From positions 4,046,735-4,110,734 of the forward strand of contig CM082592.2 of assembly GCA_040954595.2 (NCBI GenBank): a stretch of 64,000 bases of DNA, given 5' to 3'. This DNA is from Balanoglossus misakiensis (Eukaryota; Animalia; Hemichordata). Positions 1-14,052 of the stretch are shown here, in pieces. The notes beneath the pieces are model-generated. The model saw only the letters and a program-made list of their open reading frames with translations, was not told where the DNA came from and did not search any database. How positions within the stretch are numbered: position 1 is the stretch's first letter; every line of letters starts with the position of its first letter. A program made the position numbers and the translations under genes.

Positions 1-1871
1 AATTATGTAATACTGCTTTTTGTGTGCAAAACTAGTGAAAATCAAGTCCCAAGTTAAAAAAAAAATTGAAATCTCATATATGGGAAATATTATGCAAACA
101 TTTTAGTAGATTTGGGAAGATATATTTTACTGTAACACTTTAAATTGTGCTAATAATCCTTGTTTGAATTTTTTTTTGAGTTAGGACAGATCTCAGATGT
201 GAGTTAACTTTCTGACATAATATATTCATAAGCGCATGTGCCCTTGCTGAGATTGTATACAGGCCACCTGTTGAATGCTATTTTTAATTTAGTTTTATTT
301 TCACGTTTTATAAATCAGCGCATGCAAATCGAGCAGCGTTTATATTAGGTCAACCGTGACTGCCTTTCAGTGACTTCAATAATTGGTAAGTGGCTTGTCA
401 ATGTCGTCTAAGCCAGGAAATCTCAGTCAGATTTAATTTTATTGCTGTCATTTCTGGTCAGTTTTATGTTGAATTCAATACAGGTTATGGTGAGTAAGAA
501 AGGGTGTATCAATCAGGTGGTAAAATTATACAATAGATGTTTTCTTTGACTCAGTTTTTATCATCGTTTCAACCTAATTAAATTTAGTATAAACCCTGTT
601 GGACAATACATTATTTGTATACAATTATATGCCTTGCATGGAGAAATAGAGAATTCAAAGTGAATATTTTCCGATAATTCTCACAGTGTTTCTGGTCTTA
701 AGATTCACACAGTGTTAAAACTATCATTAATGGAATTTTCATTTCTCGATACAACATTTTCATGATACAGTTTGAGCATGCATTTAGTAACAAAGGCACT
801 TTCTCCAAAGAGCAAGACTTTCTATGAGGAAAATTACAACAAAGCTTGTTCTGTTTGTCTTCAGTAGCAGATGCAGTGGTCTTTATCTACATAAGAGTTA
901 GGGAAGTGCTGCCACTGTATTTCAGCACAGACAGGCATGTAGGATCAGAGTGCCTGATGTGTATAGTGTTTAGAAGTATAACTGGTAGAGTTAATAAATT
1001 CATTCACTCAATCAATGATATATTTTGGGAAGTAATTTACTAGATTTCTTATTTAGTTTTGAGTCCTTGTGCAAGATAATATCTGCGTCTCTTTCCCTCT
1101 GCAGTTACTAATTTTCAGTATCTTTTAATGTCTTCATTTGCAATTCTTATCTTGATAAAAATCACACGATTTGTAATGTCAGGGGCAGACCAGAGGCTGA
1201 TCCTGTATGATCAATGAGTGTGGTGTCGCCCTGGGGATGTTAAATGTACATGATCTTTAATACATATAGTTAATACAAGATGCTGTCGGAGCAAATAAAT
1301 CCGGCCAGCTGTGCTTATGATGAGTCAGGTAATCATAGATAGGCAGTATTGCAAATACAATGTGCGCATCTGTATGTATAGAAAATTTTGGGCAAAATCA
1401 ACAGAATAGCATGTGGTGGTTTTTTAGGACTGGCAACAAAGGCAAACCCAGTGGTTCTGTCACTATCTGCTCTAGTGTTCCTGCCATTAACTATTGCACT
1501 AGGAATTCTCTGGCCTATTGAAATATAAAATAGCAATTTCATTATCGTAGTTTGTTTAATATAGACAATCCGATGACTTATAGAACTTGGTTGTTTGAAG
1601 TCAGTCTTGTTAAATATACGGTAGTTCTACATAATTTAGGAATCTGTTAAGATATCTCAGACTCTTCTCTTCCACCAGTTACTTTTCTGGCCTAGTTAGT
1701 TGCCCAAAGAATATTACAACATCGATGTTGCTACATGTAATGGATTGATATATAATACTACCGGTATGTCTTTATTCAGATATTAGGTGTTTTTCGGTGT
1801 TTTCAGTCATTAGGTGTGTAATTTACTGACGCCATCAGGTAATTTAACCGCTTGTCGTTTTTCGTACACAG

Positions 1872-4800
1872 TCATGCCAGCCCTGATCAGCGTGAACAGC
1901 TGGCTGACCAGCTGGAGCAGCGACACCACGTCGCGGGTCAGACGAGTGTCGGGAAACACGGCGACTCGACGTCGTCGCTGGAGAGTTTTGACTTTCAGAG
2001 CAGCAGCACTTCCAGCGAGGCGGGAAACAACACCAACAGCAGCCGGACCAGCAGCCGGCAGGGGAGTCGGGCGGACAGCGCGGGGCTGGACTCGGCCGGC
2101 ATGCTGAACGCCATCGCCGAGAGCATGGACGTCTTTTCGAACGACGACGACGACGGCGACGCCGGGAGCGCCGACGGAGGAGGCGAGAGCAACCAGCAGC
2201 AGCCGCGCGCCCGGCACGAGAGCGACGACTCCATGTTCTCCGGCATGAGCACGATGAGTTTCGATGACGACGCGTTCGACCGGAGGACGTGCGAGACGCA
2301 AGCCGACGTGGGCGATGACGCCTTGGAGGAAATCGAGAAACTTACAAGCGAGGAGAGCAAAGAGGTTTATGCGAACGAGGAACAAGGTCAGCACGACGCC
2401 GAGCCATCGGTAGAGCCGCAAGTGGTTGTCACGGATACTGATGGGAAGAGAAAGAGGAAAGACAGCTCTGGGGAGGGACAGGGGGAACGAGGAAAGGGTA
2501 TGACGCGTGCTCCGTCGCCCGGGGAGAAAGATCTGAAAAAGCAGCAAGGAAGATCTGCATCGCCGCAGCAACAACCGGGCGCGGGATTCGCGCCGAGAAC
2601 GCTGTTCGAACAACTGCTGGACTATAAGTACAAACAAGGCAAGCTGTCCCCGGACAGCTCCATCCAGCTGCCGTACGAGAGCGACTACGAGTACATGCTG
2701 CGGATGCGAAGAATGTCACCGAAGGGGGCCTTCTCGCGGGCCACCAGTCTGGACAGCAGTGGGAGTTCGGTCAGTGACTATCTGCTAGAGAACATGGACC
2801 TCACGCCGACGGAAGACATCTTGATGAACTTGGGATTCGGAGGGAACGACTTCGGTGTCCCCGAGAGGTTTGTCCGACCGTGGTACGCGAAGCAATACGA
2901 GGCGCGGATTCGCGAGGTTCAGGAATCGGAAAACGTCGAACCTGTCGCGGCCTCGCGGGGAGACGACAGGAAGCGTTCCGGTCGTGGCAATAATAAGGAG
3001 AACGAGCCAGTCAGGGGGAATGTTGAAGGGAACGAGAGACAGAAGAGAGAGAATGACAAACAGAGGCGGGAACCGAAATCGAGGGGTTCAGAACCGAAGG
3101 AGATGAGGAAAGAGGAGAGAAAAATTGCCCCCAAAATCGTTAAAAACAACGACGCGCATAAAAATGCAACATCCAGGCGACGACAGCTCGTACGTGCAGC
3201 CACCGTGTCCTCAATGAGTAGTAGCTCCGAAGGTCCCGATCAGAATTCTCTCAAAGAGAGCAAGACCCGCAAAAGACTCAAGCGACTGGACATCTTCGAT
3301 CAGAAGAAAGTGGCCGAGTTTGAACAGATGCAGGACGTGCTCAAGGAGCGACGACGTAAGCAGTTTGCCAGACAGAAGTCCCTGCCGGCCTGTTTGGAAA
3401 CGCTGGCAGAAGAGGAGGATTCCCAGCTCTTTATCAAATCGCCCAATCTACCGAAGGACAGGACGCTGTCCCACTTCTTTCAAAGCGCCGAAAAGTCAAC
3501 TCAGGACAAGGGTGCAGAGGAGAACACCGATGGCCGAAAGGGACAGGAGCGTCTGGACCCAGAGCAGGAACGGTACATGTTAGCAGTCAAAAGCCTGATC
3601 GACTCCAAGGATTCGGGATTCGAGACCGGGGCGGCCATGTCGGACAACAGCCGGCAGGCCTCGCCCAACGAGCAAGAGGCATACACGCAGACCTCGGAGG
3701 GGTCCGTGTCGCCGCTGGTGAAACTCGATCCCGAGCGGGAGAAGAAGAAACGTCAGCCGGATTTACAGTCGGATGGAGAACAAGACGTTCTTAATACAGA
3801 GAGCGACAATGAGCTCCTGGATAGGGAGGTGGCGGAAATCGTTCACATGAGCACCGCCGACTCGCACACACAGACCGACAGTCAGGTCGGGTCGCCGTCA
3901 CTGTCGCCCATTTTGAAACTCGAGCCCTTGGTGGATTTTGTCGACAGAGGAACTACCACTGAACATGTTGATGCTTCGAGTCGTCAGTACAGGGAGCGTG
4001 TCGAGTCTTCAGAACACAGGAATCCCTGTCTCCTAGCGGGCCTGGTCCAGGAGAGCAGGGAGTCGGTCTCCAGCACGGAAACCATGGTCGATGCTGGGAA
4101 ATTCACGACAGCAGGGCTCAGGGAAAGAACCAAAATGCACATATTCGAACAAAACATTTCAGCAGCCAATCAGATGGAAGATGATATAACATCAGGAAGC
4201 GTGCTGCAGGGGTACTTCCCTGGTTGGCCGTTCACCTCGGAGGCTGTCGCGCAGACCGACCTAAGTCTACCGGCAAATATGACGATTGGGCTGATGATTC
4301 ACGGTCTTGCAGAGCCCAGTCACAGTGTAGGTGGTGCTAGTAGAATTTCCGCAAGTATTTCGCCGAGTTCAGAAACGTCACTTTTAGATTTTTCTAATTC
4401 AACAATGAATGCAATACAGACAGGTGATGATTTGTTCCAAACTCGAGTCCCACTCGCGGACTCTTATTTACAGACGGGCACATCCGACAAAGTCACACCG
4501 TATCACACTGATGACCTCTTCAATTTACAGACTTCATTAAATCGAACCTCAGAGTTGACCTCTGATTTTTCGCCTTCACAAACTCAGGGAACCAATAAAT
4601 CTCGCGATAGATACTCACATTCTTCTTGCCATTTACACACTAACTCCCGGGGCCGGGGGAGCCCGCGTAACGAGCCCCCCATCTCGAGGTACTTCAGCAG
4701 TTTGCCTCGGGAGTTCCGGGGCGTTCATGAGGGTCCCACGCTGATGCCGAACGAGCACCTGGAGCTGTTCCCGAATGGGAAAGTGCGCATCATGGCAAAC

Positions 4801-5825
4801 TCTGCGGAGGAGGAACAGAATATGCAATCGGATGTCTATGCAAGTGGCCCCAGTCACAGCTTCGGTGCTACGCACGTTTGCACAGAGTGCATTAACACTA
4901 TGCAGGGCGGTAATAACCCACGGAACTCTGCCCACGATTCGAACAGTTTGTACTTCAGCTGTGGCCAGCGAATGCAGTCCACAGCAGACGGCACACCCAC
5001 GGTGCTTCGGTCAGAAAATTCAAACGTATACGTGCAATACGAGGAGGAGCTTGAACAGCTTGCGAATGAATTAGTAAGCAGCGCCCTAGAGAAAGTAACC
5101 ACTGAGCTAAATCACGGTTCAGGTGTTGTTCCGCGCTTATCTAAAAGTCATACGAGCAGTCCATCTTCAGTGTGTCTTAGCAACACTCCTTCTAGTCCCA
5201 GGCAGTCAAAGGTGCACACAGATGCAGCCATTAGCGTGTCATCGACAAAGGCAGGTTTGAAACCACCCGTTATCATCAGAGAGGAGGATATTACGCAGAC
5301 CAAGTGTCCCTCCTTTACCTCTGAGTTGTTTATCAACGTGGTGCCCAGGGGCAGGTCCGGGATCGCTTCTTTCCTGAAAGTGGAACTCGATCAGTCGAGC
5401 CTTACAGAGGAAGACATGAAGGCGCCGGAGGTCATCGACCAGGAGGACGATATTCCACAGCTGAGGAGGATACTCGCCGAGGTCGTAACCGAGCGGAAAA
5501 AGTCCTCGGACAGCTGCATGTCGTACGAGGACATCTGCCTGAAGGCGCAGGGTTTGATCGCCACGCTGGACAAGGCAAGCGCGGTGCTGTCGCGCAGCGT
5601 CAGTCCGGCGCCGTCCTCGCTCCTGGAGATCAGCGACCTGGACGACATGCCCAGCAGCCCCCAGGGTGACCCACCGAGTGACGGGCAGACTCAGATAGGT
5701 GGTGACACACCCGGTGACACCAGGCAAGTGCAACCAGACGGAGGTGCCTCGGGTCGTGACGTGCAGCCAGCTCACGGCGCAGAAGATAAAACGCAATTTT
5801 GGGGGAATGGGCTAGAATCGGACAG
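1872..5825 (+). CDS. Giant internal exon (3,954 nt) of a large ITPRID/KRAP-motif plus coiled-coil protein; low-complexity, Ser/Glu-rich
   Basis: Lies within the 1331-aa ORF 1852..5847. Acceptor ttttcgtacacAG at 1870-1871 (phase 2). Candidate donor AG|GTACTT at 5826 (phase 2) joins in frame to 6876. Motif SSVSDYLLENMDLTPTEDILMNLGFGGNDFGVPERF (about 2746-2874) resembles the KRAP_IP3R_bind core. The alternative reading is a terminal exon ending at stop 5845-5847. Confidence 0.8.
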
Positions 5826-6875
5826 GTACTTTTTTGGAAAATATTGATGTTGCATCCTTTGGTGTCTGTCACCCCTGTTTGCGAGCACATTGAGCGGGCC
5901 ATATCTGTGGAAAGTAGTTGGGACAGATCACATCATTGGGTCATCCCAACTAGAAACATAAGGGTGTGAAGAGTCACGTCTTGTACGATCTCACTTAGAC
6001 CACTACATGTTTTGTTTTGTTTTACAGTAGTTGTACATGTGATTTGTATTCAGTAAATATATGAATCTGTGAATGCCATTTGTTTCTTGTGAACTCTGTG
6101 TTTTATTTAGCATGATGATCTGGGTCGGTTTTGTGTGACATTGTTTTTTTTTAATGTTGGTACATGTATGTTGTGTATGTGTTACTTGTGATATCAGTGG
6201 AATCGTGCATGGCAGTGCATGTGTTCTCTTGCATGACTCTGTGCTCCTTTACAGTACGAATCTTTCGTCTCCTTAAATCATATGACCTTGCCACCTCGGT
6301 GATTGTTACCTTTTCACCAATCAAATCACAATCTTCCATCTGTTTCAAATCTCTACAACCTCACTTTTCCAACAACAACAAAAACATATCCACCTTTTAC
6401 ACATAATCGTTCTCGCCAGTGGAAGAAAACTGATGCGGTTTTATACAAGAACTCCTTTGATAACCAGCAAATGCTTTTCGCTATTATAGATATCCATCTT
6501 ACACCTTGCTGTGAGATTTCACGTATTCGAGGTTTAATTGCCAATGCGGAAAAAATTACCTCCCCTCATCATATGCGATTGAAATTCAAATATTTTAAGA
6601 CATTTCACATAAATTACATTTTCCCAATCACCTGCTGTACAGGTATACTGATTCACCCTTTATGGGAATGTCAAACCTAGAAACCCTAAAATTTGAGTGG
6701 AAATCCGCAGAAAAAAAATATAGCATGTCTCGAAAACTATTAATCCCTATTACACAGACCTGAACATCCAGATGAGGACTGTTGGGATAAAACCATCTTA
6801 TAAGTCGGACTGTATTTTTGGCAACTGTTAACAGCATAATTAAAACTCTGAAAAACTTTTCTTTCATTTGACCAG

Positions 6876-7071
6876 AAGCACGTCCAGTGGTTCTCAGTCG
6901 TTCAACGGGAGTCGACAGCAACAGCACGATGACGACGACTTGGACGAAAGCCTGGTGCAGAAGGTCGAGGCGTTAATCAACAAACAGAAGGGTCGCTTTG
7001 TGATGTCACCCAGGAGTCTATCGGCCAGTATGCCTGATGTCTCAGCCGGGCGGTTGTCAGGACGGGATCTG
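6876..7071 (+). CDS. Exon of the large gene (STSSGSQSF...LSGRDL)
   Basis: Acceptor tttgaccAG, donor GTGAGA at 7072; phase 2 to 0. Confidence 0.85.
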
Positions 7072-8160
7072 GTGAGAATTATTCTCCTTTTTTGTTAGGC
7101 AAAAAAACTGAGTTTTTTCTGTTCACCTCTGGCATTACTTTAAGTTTAAAAACCCCGCACATCAGCTTTTTTGTGATGAATTATGTGTAGCTTAGATTAA
7201 CTTACAACTAAAAAGCTGCAGCCTTAAAAGGTTTTAAACCTTAAAGGGACACGTAGTGGTATACTTTTGGTTATTTGTACAGTATTTTTGTTGGGTGTAT
7301 CAAATGCAGCATCTAGATCTGTTATATTTCTTTGTCTCTTTCAACAATGTCTGTTAATTGTATTTTGTGTAACAACCCATTGTTATTGTTGACAAAATAA
7401 ATTCCACCCATAAATTCAATTTTTAATAATATCTGTGGTGGCTGTACGTACATAAACGGGCTGTCATCTTTAAATACTGGGTATCTTGAGGCGCTTTATG
7501 GAGTTGAATAAGAAACAGCGGTTAATTGATACAAGAATAAAAATTACTGGAAAAAAATAGCCAAATTTTACAGCTAATATCATAGGAGCTTTAAAGACAG
7601 CACCGCACATTAATAGTTGATTGTCACATGTTGCCTGAAGGTAGACTTGCATTGTGCAATATTTCAAAAACCAAAAGTCACCAAAGGAGTGTTGTTGTTT
7701 TTTCTGCTTTTGAAAAGGATAAAAAATTAATGTTTTTTATCATCATACATGAATTTTATTGTAACTCTATGGCAAACTTTCACAGCAGTGGGAAAAAGCA
7801 CACAATAGAGAATATAGAAAGAACTGGGCTAAATCATATCATGTATTGTTAGAAGACCGTGTTCGTTGAACAAATATTCCATCGTTCATGTTAAAAAAAA
7901 TGTTACTTATCACTACAGGAGTGACAGTGACAAAAGGGAATAGATTTTATGCCTGGCAGGGCGGGGCTGCTCAGAAGGAAAACATTGTATAGACAGAGTT
8001 CATTGAACTCCACAGTTTTCCTGGTTTTATACACATGTACATTCATATTGACCAAATGTAGACAAATACAAACAGCTCTCCTTCATATTTATTAATTTCA
8101 TGAGCCCTGCCATTCCACACCCTGAGTTATGATCAATCCAGCTCTTGGTGTGCTGTCGGT

Positions 8161-8174
8161 GTTTCCATGGTAAC
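8161..8174. promoter_or_regulatory. Consensus RFX X-box
   Basis: GTTTCCATGGTAAC matches the X-box consensus. Confidence 0.45.
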
Positions 8175-8848
8175 GCGGCAACTGTGGCACGCAGTCGTAC
8201 AGACTTAATCCCCTTGGGCTGGAGCTAATTTCCCACTTGGGCAGGGCACAGTTATATAAATCACAATTTTTTTTTTCTTTTTTAATTTTTTTTTTCCTGT
8301 TCCTCATGGAAGTCATGTTTACGTCTCAAAATCAATACAGGTTACTGTGACTTCTTCTTAATAGTGTGCTAACCTTTGTTAGTTTTGCTTGGAGGTAGAG
8401 ATTACAGAGTTTGACGTAAAATGACAAGCTGCTCAGATGGATTAGGTTCTCATGTCTTACACCCTCCCCGAGACTGATCTCCTTAGCCAGCACTCTAAGC
8501 ATATCATGTCAGTTATACTTTCCTTCAAAACAAATTTTCCCATCATACAATAAATTGCAAAAAAAAAACTAGGAACAGGTATATGTATGTACAGCATATG
8601 CTACACTTACATGTGTACCAAGCCAAAATACATGTGATTCTCTTTTCATCTTCCTGCAAGCATTCTCGCGAGCCAGAGTCATCTACCCCCGTTCCTCGTC
8701 GTGGTTTACAACAATGTTGTCAAGTTACCCAACATTATACCCATACCCAACCATACCACACCTCACCACACCATACCCCATACCATACCATACCAGGTAC
8801 ATGTATTCTTGAAAAATCAAGACTTCTCTTTCTGTTTCCATGACACAG

Positions 8849-8962
8849 AGCCTCGATGAAACGCCAGTTTATACAAGTCACCGCCAGTCACCATTGCGGT
8901 CGTCACCACATCAATTCCAAGACCTAGACAGCAGTTTAAGAGATGTCAAATCCAAGAAGGAG
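8849..8962 (+). CDS. Exon (SLDETPVY...DVKSKKE)
   Basis: Acceptor catgacacAG, donor GTAGGT; 114 nt, open frame, phase 0-0. Confidence 0.85.
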
Positions 8963-9216
8963 GTAGGTAATCAACCAATGGTTCAGTGTGGGTTTTTTCC
9001 ACCAGGAGAATAAGTTTCAACACCATTTATATCACAAAAATACAGCCATGTGTCGACGATCATTTTAGGTGCGCCATGACGGTCATTGAACTCAACAATT
9101 CCAGTGGGACGTTAGCAGCTCAATCGTTTACCCCATTTGGTGTTTGACATATTGCTCACAGACACTTTTTTCCATCACTATCCAGAACAGACAGACATTA
9201 CTTTTTTCTTCAACAG

Positions 9217-9329
9217 ATTGCCCTGAAGGAGCTGAATATCCTGCACGAAGCCCTGCGACGGAACCAAATTGATTCCAAACAGGCCGAGAAGACGGCCAAG
9301 GACTACTATCACAAGGCACAGTCCCTCAA
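9217..9329 (+). CDS. Exon (IALKELNILHEALRRNQ...AQSL)
   Basis: Acceptor ttcttcaacAG, donor GTATGT; phase 0-2. Confidence 0.85.
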
Positions 9330-9676
9330 GTATGTTCCATGACCCTTATTTTCCAGCGAGTTTCCATATCACAATTTTCTATATCTTACAACTGTTTAGC
9401 AAAAATACCATGTTTTCTGTGTTTTATGTATGTAGACATATGGAATGCTATTGAGTTCTTATCTCCTGCATTGGAGTATATCTCATGAAGTGATGCATTC
9501 TGGGATTGAAGCGATGGACCCTGAATACCAGAAGATCTCTTTAATCTCTTATTCTGAATAATTTATGACGAGGTCGGAAAAAAAAGAGTAGCTCTCGAGA
9601 CCTGCAAACCCCCTGCCGTCAAAAATCTCAAACCTCCCATTCAGCAAAATCCGTTTTTACCGCATCGTTTTTTCAG

Positions 9677-9842
9677 ATCCGAGCTGATGATGCTGGAATT
9701 TCAGAGAGACCAGGCCAATCGTGATCTGAAAGACCTGGAGGAGGACATCACCAACAAGAATCGAGCCAGGTCGCAGTTTCAGGCGTCTCCTCCGTCGCCA
9801 AAGACGGAGCCAAAGGATGAAACGGGAATGACAGCTGCTGAG
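9677..9842 (+). CDS. Exon (SELMMLEFQRDQ...MTAAE)
   Basis: Acceptor ttttttcAG, donor GTACGG; phase 2-0; matches ORF 9687. Confidence 0.85.
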
Positions 9843-10871
9843 GTACGGGATAACGCATTGCTGTCCCTCATCTCAACAACTGATATATGCCTGTTACATC
9901 CCTCTCCCTGAAATGGAATCTCCCAACATTATTAACGTATTGAGAAAGGTTCTTGTTCGGTTATACGGGATAAAAGCTTAAGTACCTGTACTAGAGAAGA
10001 CAGCTAATAAACTATTAAAACTTTTACAGCTAATAAAATATTTTTAAGGCCACAGCTACAAAAGGTTATTTCATACAAGCCCAGAGAGTAGATAACTCTT
10101 CAAGTGTTTGAAGTGGTCAAAATTTGATGAATTTCAGAAAGCAGGGATGAAAGTCTTATAAGAAGAGAATTATGTGTAGGCGTTTTAACGGCTGTTATAT
10201 AAATCATTTAAAACAAAATAATCACATAATATAATACTTGAAAATACCCTCACGTTTTGAGGACACCTTTCAGCGATTTAGTTTCCAAGAAAATCCATCA
10301 TTCAAATTATGTTTGCGAGCTGAAAACTCAGCATTTTGTAGGGATAGGAAAGTGAACAAAGAAAATACTGGGCAAAATTATGCGCATGATTTGCTGGGTC
10401 TGGTCCCTTTCTGGGTAATTTCATCATTGGATGTAGCGAGGTGCTTCCTCAGCTATTGGTCAGACTAGCTCAGTTTCTCTTTGAAAGGCTATAACTTTGA
10501 AAATGTTATGTTCTCATGGTTATTGAGCCAGGGATTATCTGTTTCTATAGAAACGAAAAGATGTTTGGCCAAACTGTCAGCTGAACAATTGAAGTATTCA
10601 AAAAATCAGCAGAGGGTTCCATGGTGCACTAGCAAAATTTGACGAAAATATCAACAATCCTCCATTACATAATGCTGTATCTTGACTGATCATAAAAGGT
10701 TGCATAAAAATAGCCTTTAATTCCCCTTTGATTATCATTCTCTCTCCATCCGTAATCCTTGGAACCGTCCACTGTGATGAGGAAAATAACCCCACAGGGC
10801 TGAATAGGAAAGCTTCACCCTTTCCTGTTAGTTCTATTATCAATCACACTGCCTCTGATTGTTTACGTCAG

Positions 10872-11042
10872 ATCCTATCGATTGTGAAAGAACGCGATGA
10901 CCTGCGGACCAAAGTGAGGAACGGAGAAGGAGAGATGTCCAAACTTGAGAGATCCGAACTGGAAAGGCAGATCAGCAACGCAAAGGAGGAGCTGTTCAAC
11001 GAACAGAAGAATTTCAGATCTCAGATAGAAGCGCTGCAAGAG
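10872..11042 (+). CDS. Coiled-coil exon (ILSIVKERDDL...EALQE)
   Basis: Acceptor ttacgtcAG, donor GTGAGA; phase 0-0. Confidence 0.85.
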
Positions 11043-14000
11043 GTGAGATGATGGAAAATTTCTGAGGTGTTGTTGTTGGAATCACGAATTACGTGATTCT
11101 GTTGTGCCAGTACTGTGTGTGTGTGTGTGTGTAGTTTTGTTGTACTGTTTTGTGTGGGTGATGATACTTCGTGCGTGGATGAAATGGCACGGTATACTCG
11201 TTATGGATGAGTGTTTGTGGAAGTTTGATTTGAAAAGGATTCACCACGTGTTTTACGCCAAGAATAGGTCTACTGCTGAGCTATGGACTTGGCAATAGGT
11301 GGGAAAAAACAACTCGATTTCTATGAAGAATTGCTGGAAGGTTTGCAATTGCATTGTGCGAATGATGGAGAAAACAACCTGGTGTTTTTACCGGAAAACA
11401 CCGCAGTTTTTTTACCCATTGAGGGTGAGATTTTTGTATGCTTTACTTTACTCCAGGAAAATCTAATGGGTTGCTAGAATTTAAAACAAAAATCAGATAT
11501 TTTTCTGTATATTTTGTTTGATAGAGTGTTTGTAATTGATTGCTGTTGGAGAGTCTGCACATTTATTGACCACTTAGTAATACACTGACTCATGTTTCTG
11601 GAGGGGGGGGGGGGGCAAAATCAATAGCCAGTTGGGAAAAGTACAAAAGCTAGCAAAATTGACAAAATCAGATTGTGGTAATAACATGCACAAAAACCGA
11701 GAGAACATTATTTTTATGATCAAGCACCACCGTTATGCATAAATCAACAGTCCAACAGTTTTCACATAAAAGGTATATGTACATAATCTTATGAGCGTTA
11801 AATTTAGATTAAATCGAAAAACTTTGTATGGTCTTCAGCCGTTATTAAAAATGTGTCCATGTACGGTACATGTATGTGTAAACGTGAAAATCCCATGCAT
11901 GATATGTAGGAACCAGGTTTGGCAAGTTTCAGCCCATGTTTACCTCATCCTGTTTTGTGCAGCTCGTTTTGAGAGATTAACAGCTTATGTGGGTCGATAT
12001 AACGATATTTCAATTTTGCCGCTGGGCAGCGATTTTGGAATGCCATTGGATGGGCTCTGCATAAATTTTCCTACCAGCTGTTTGTATTGGCTGACCTTCC
12101 TACAACGCGGACGACCCCATTACAGACGAAGAACAAAAAAAACTGCAGTTGAAATCAGTCTGAAAATCCGATCTCAAAAGAGCATTTGTACGGTACTTGG
12201 GTAGTGTATTAATTCTTTCACCGGTTTTCATTGTCAAGATTACAATACGCGGACTTGATGAAAGTCTAATTGAAGAATGAATGACTTTCTCGGTCAATTT
12301 CGTGTTGCAACCTGCTCCGAAACCGTTGTTTGCCAATTAACTGGATTCCCCAAGTCATTTGAAGTGCGGGACATCGCAAATAAAAACAACCGCCTTGACC
12401 TCATTCAACTCAACGCAGCCAAAGAGAAATTCTGTAAAAATTTGCTCTCGTCCCCCCGATATACAGGCCTTAGCGAAAAAGTTGGAGCAGTTCTTTTCAG
12501 ATCTTGTCGCGCTATGTTTGGAAGCATGTGTTTCTCTTTCACGGTTGGTTGAAAACAACATTGTGTCCATTCTATTTTGTCCTTATAAAATCAGTTACCT
12601 CAGTCGTGGAATACCTGAGCATTTCCCCCTTTGTATCGTGGTAACCAGACACTTTGCATTGAATGAGGCGGGTGGGTTTTTTTGGTAAAAAATTGAATCA
12701 GAGGCCAGCCAATTGCCCGTTGAGATCAGTGTATCTTGTTTGCTCGGTTACACTCTGGTTTTTGTCGAGTGGGAATCTCTCTCTAATCCTTTGTTACGCT
12801 GTCATAAATAACCAGCTCGCACCAACACAGGTCCTCCCTTGTCTGTCCTGCATTCCACTTGTAACCGACACCTCGCTGTAATCTAGGGGAATCACAACGT
12901 CAGAACTGGAAGAGATTTTTCTCCGATACCCGCTGTCTCGGAATTAATTACACTTTCTCGTGGAAATGGCTTGCGTCGAGCAAAGCCAGGATCTGGAGTT
13001 GGTTGTCGCGAGTCCCGCAAAACGACAGATGCAGTTGAACAACTTCAGAAACTTGCCTTTCATTCAGACTAACAAGTCCATTTTATATGTTGTGGTGAGT
13101 GAATGAAAACTTGCTTTGATTTTTTTCAGTCTTTTATAAATAACAGATGACCATAGATTGTCCTGGGACCAAACCTTTTTAAATGTTTTAAATTATTATT
13201 TTATTAACATTGTTTCAATATTCTTGATTGTTTCTTAAATAGATTTGTACTAAAAGATTGTTTACAATATGAGAATATTTAGTCATTTTTTCCAGTGACT
13301 TTTATGCTTCTTGTTATTTAAATTAATTTGAATTTGAATGTCCTATACTGAGTTATACATGTCACCGTACATTCACCTTGTAAGCTTAGATTCATGAATT
13401 ATGGAATATTTCATTCTTAAATCAAACTTAATTCAGAAATGAAATAAACCTGTAGGTATATAAGGATCCCAGTAATTTTGTCCAAACGGACCATAATTTT
13501 GAGAATGACTCAGTAATATGATTGTTGCTGGGTATCATGTTCTAACGTTGTGAGAGATAATTTTTGCTCATTTATTATCCGAGGTTTCTGTAATTGCATA
13601 TATGGCTTCTGAGTAGTTTTGTATGGTTTCATGAATTTATACAGTCTGCAACAAGGTTGATGTTGATCTGACGAATGAAATGTTTGTGTTTGTGTGGCTT
13701 TGCAGACAGGTTTATGTGCATGTGAGTGTTAGTGTGGTAGGAGGCAATTTGTGACGTGTTTGTATTGTGTGTGTGTGTCTGTCGGTGCCGTGTCTGTGTG
13801 TCTCTCATGTCTTGGTTATTGTTTTTAATTGTCTCACTGATGTTACAGATACTATGCCTGCTACATGTTTTGGAAAATGTGGCGTTTTAGTTTTAGTATT
13901 AGATGAAAGTTATAATACGCAGACCGTAATCACAAATTTCATCAGTTGTACTAATTTGTTGTAGAAATGTGAAAAATGATTCTCAATTATTGATAAGTGG

Positions 14001-14052
14001 CATTAGCAAAAATTGGATGTACAAATATATATAATTAATTGGCCAGAACGCT

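Noticed and set aside
1810-5902. Many antisense and alternative-frame ORFs over the giant exon
   Set aside because: Shadow ORFs of a GC-rich coding exon, with no independent motifs or splice support
11791-13100. Cluster of 70-137 aa ORFs in the long intron, possibly a transposon remnant or extra exon
   Set aside because: No recognisable protein motif, terminal repeats or phase-compatible splice pair could be established by eye
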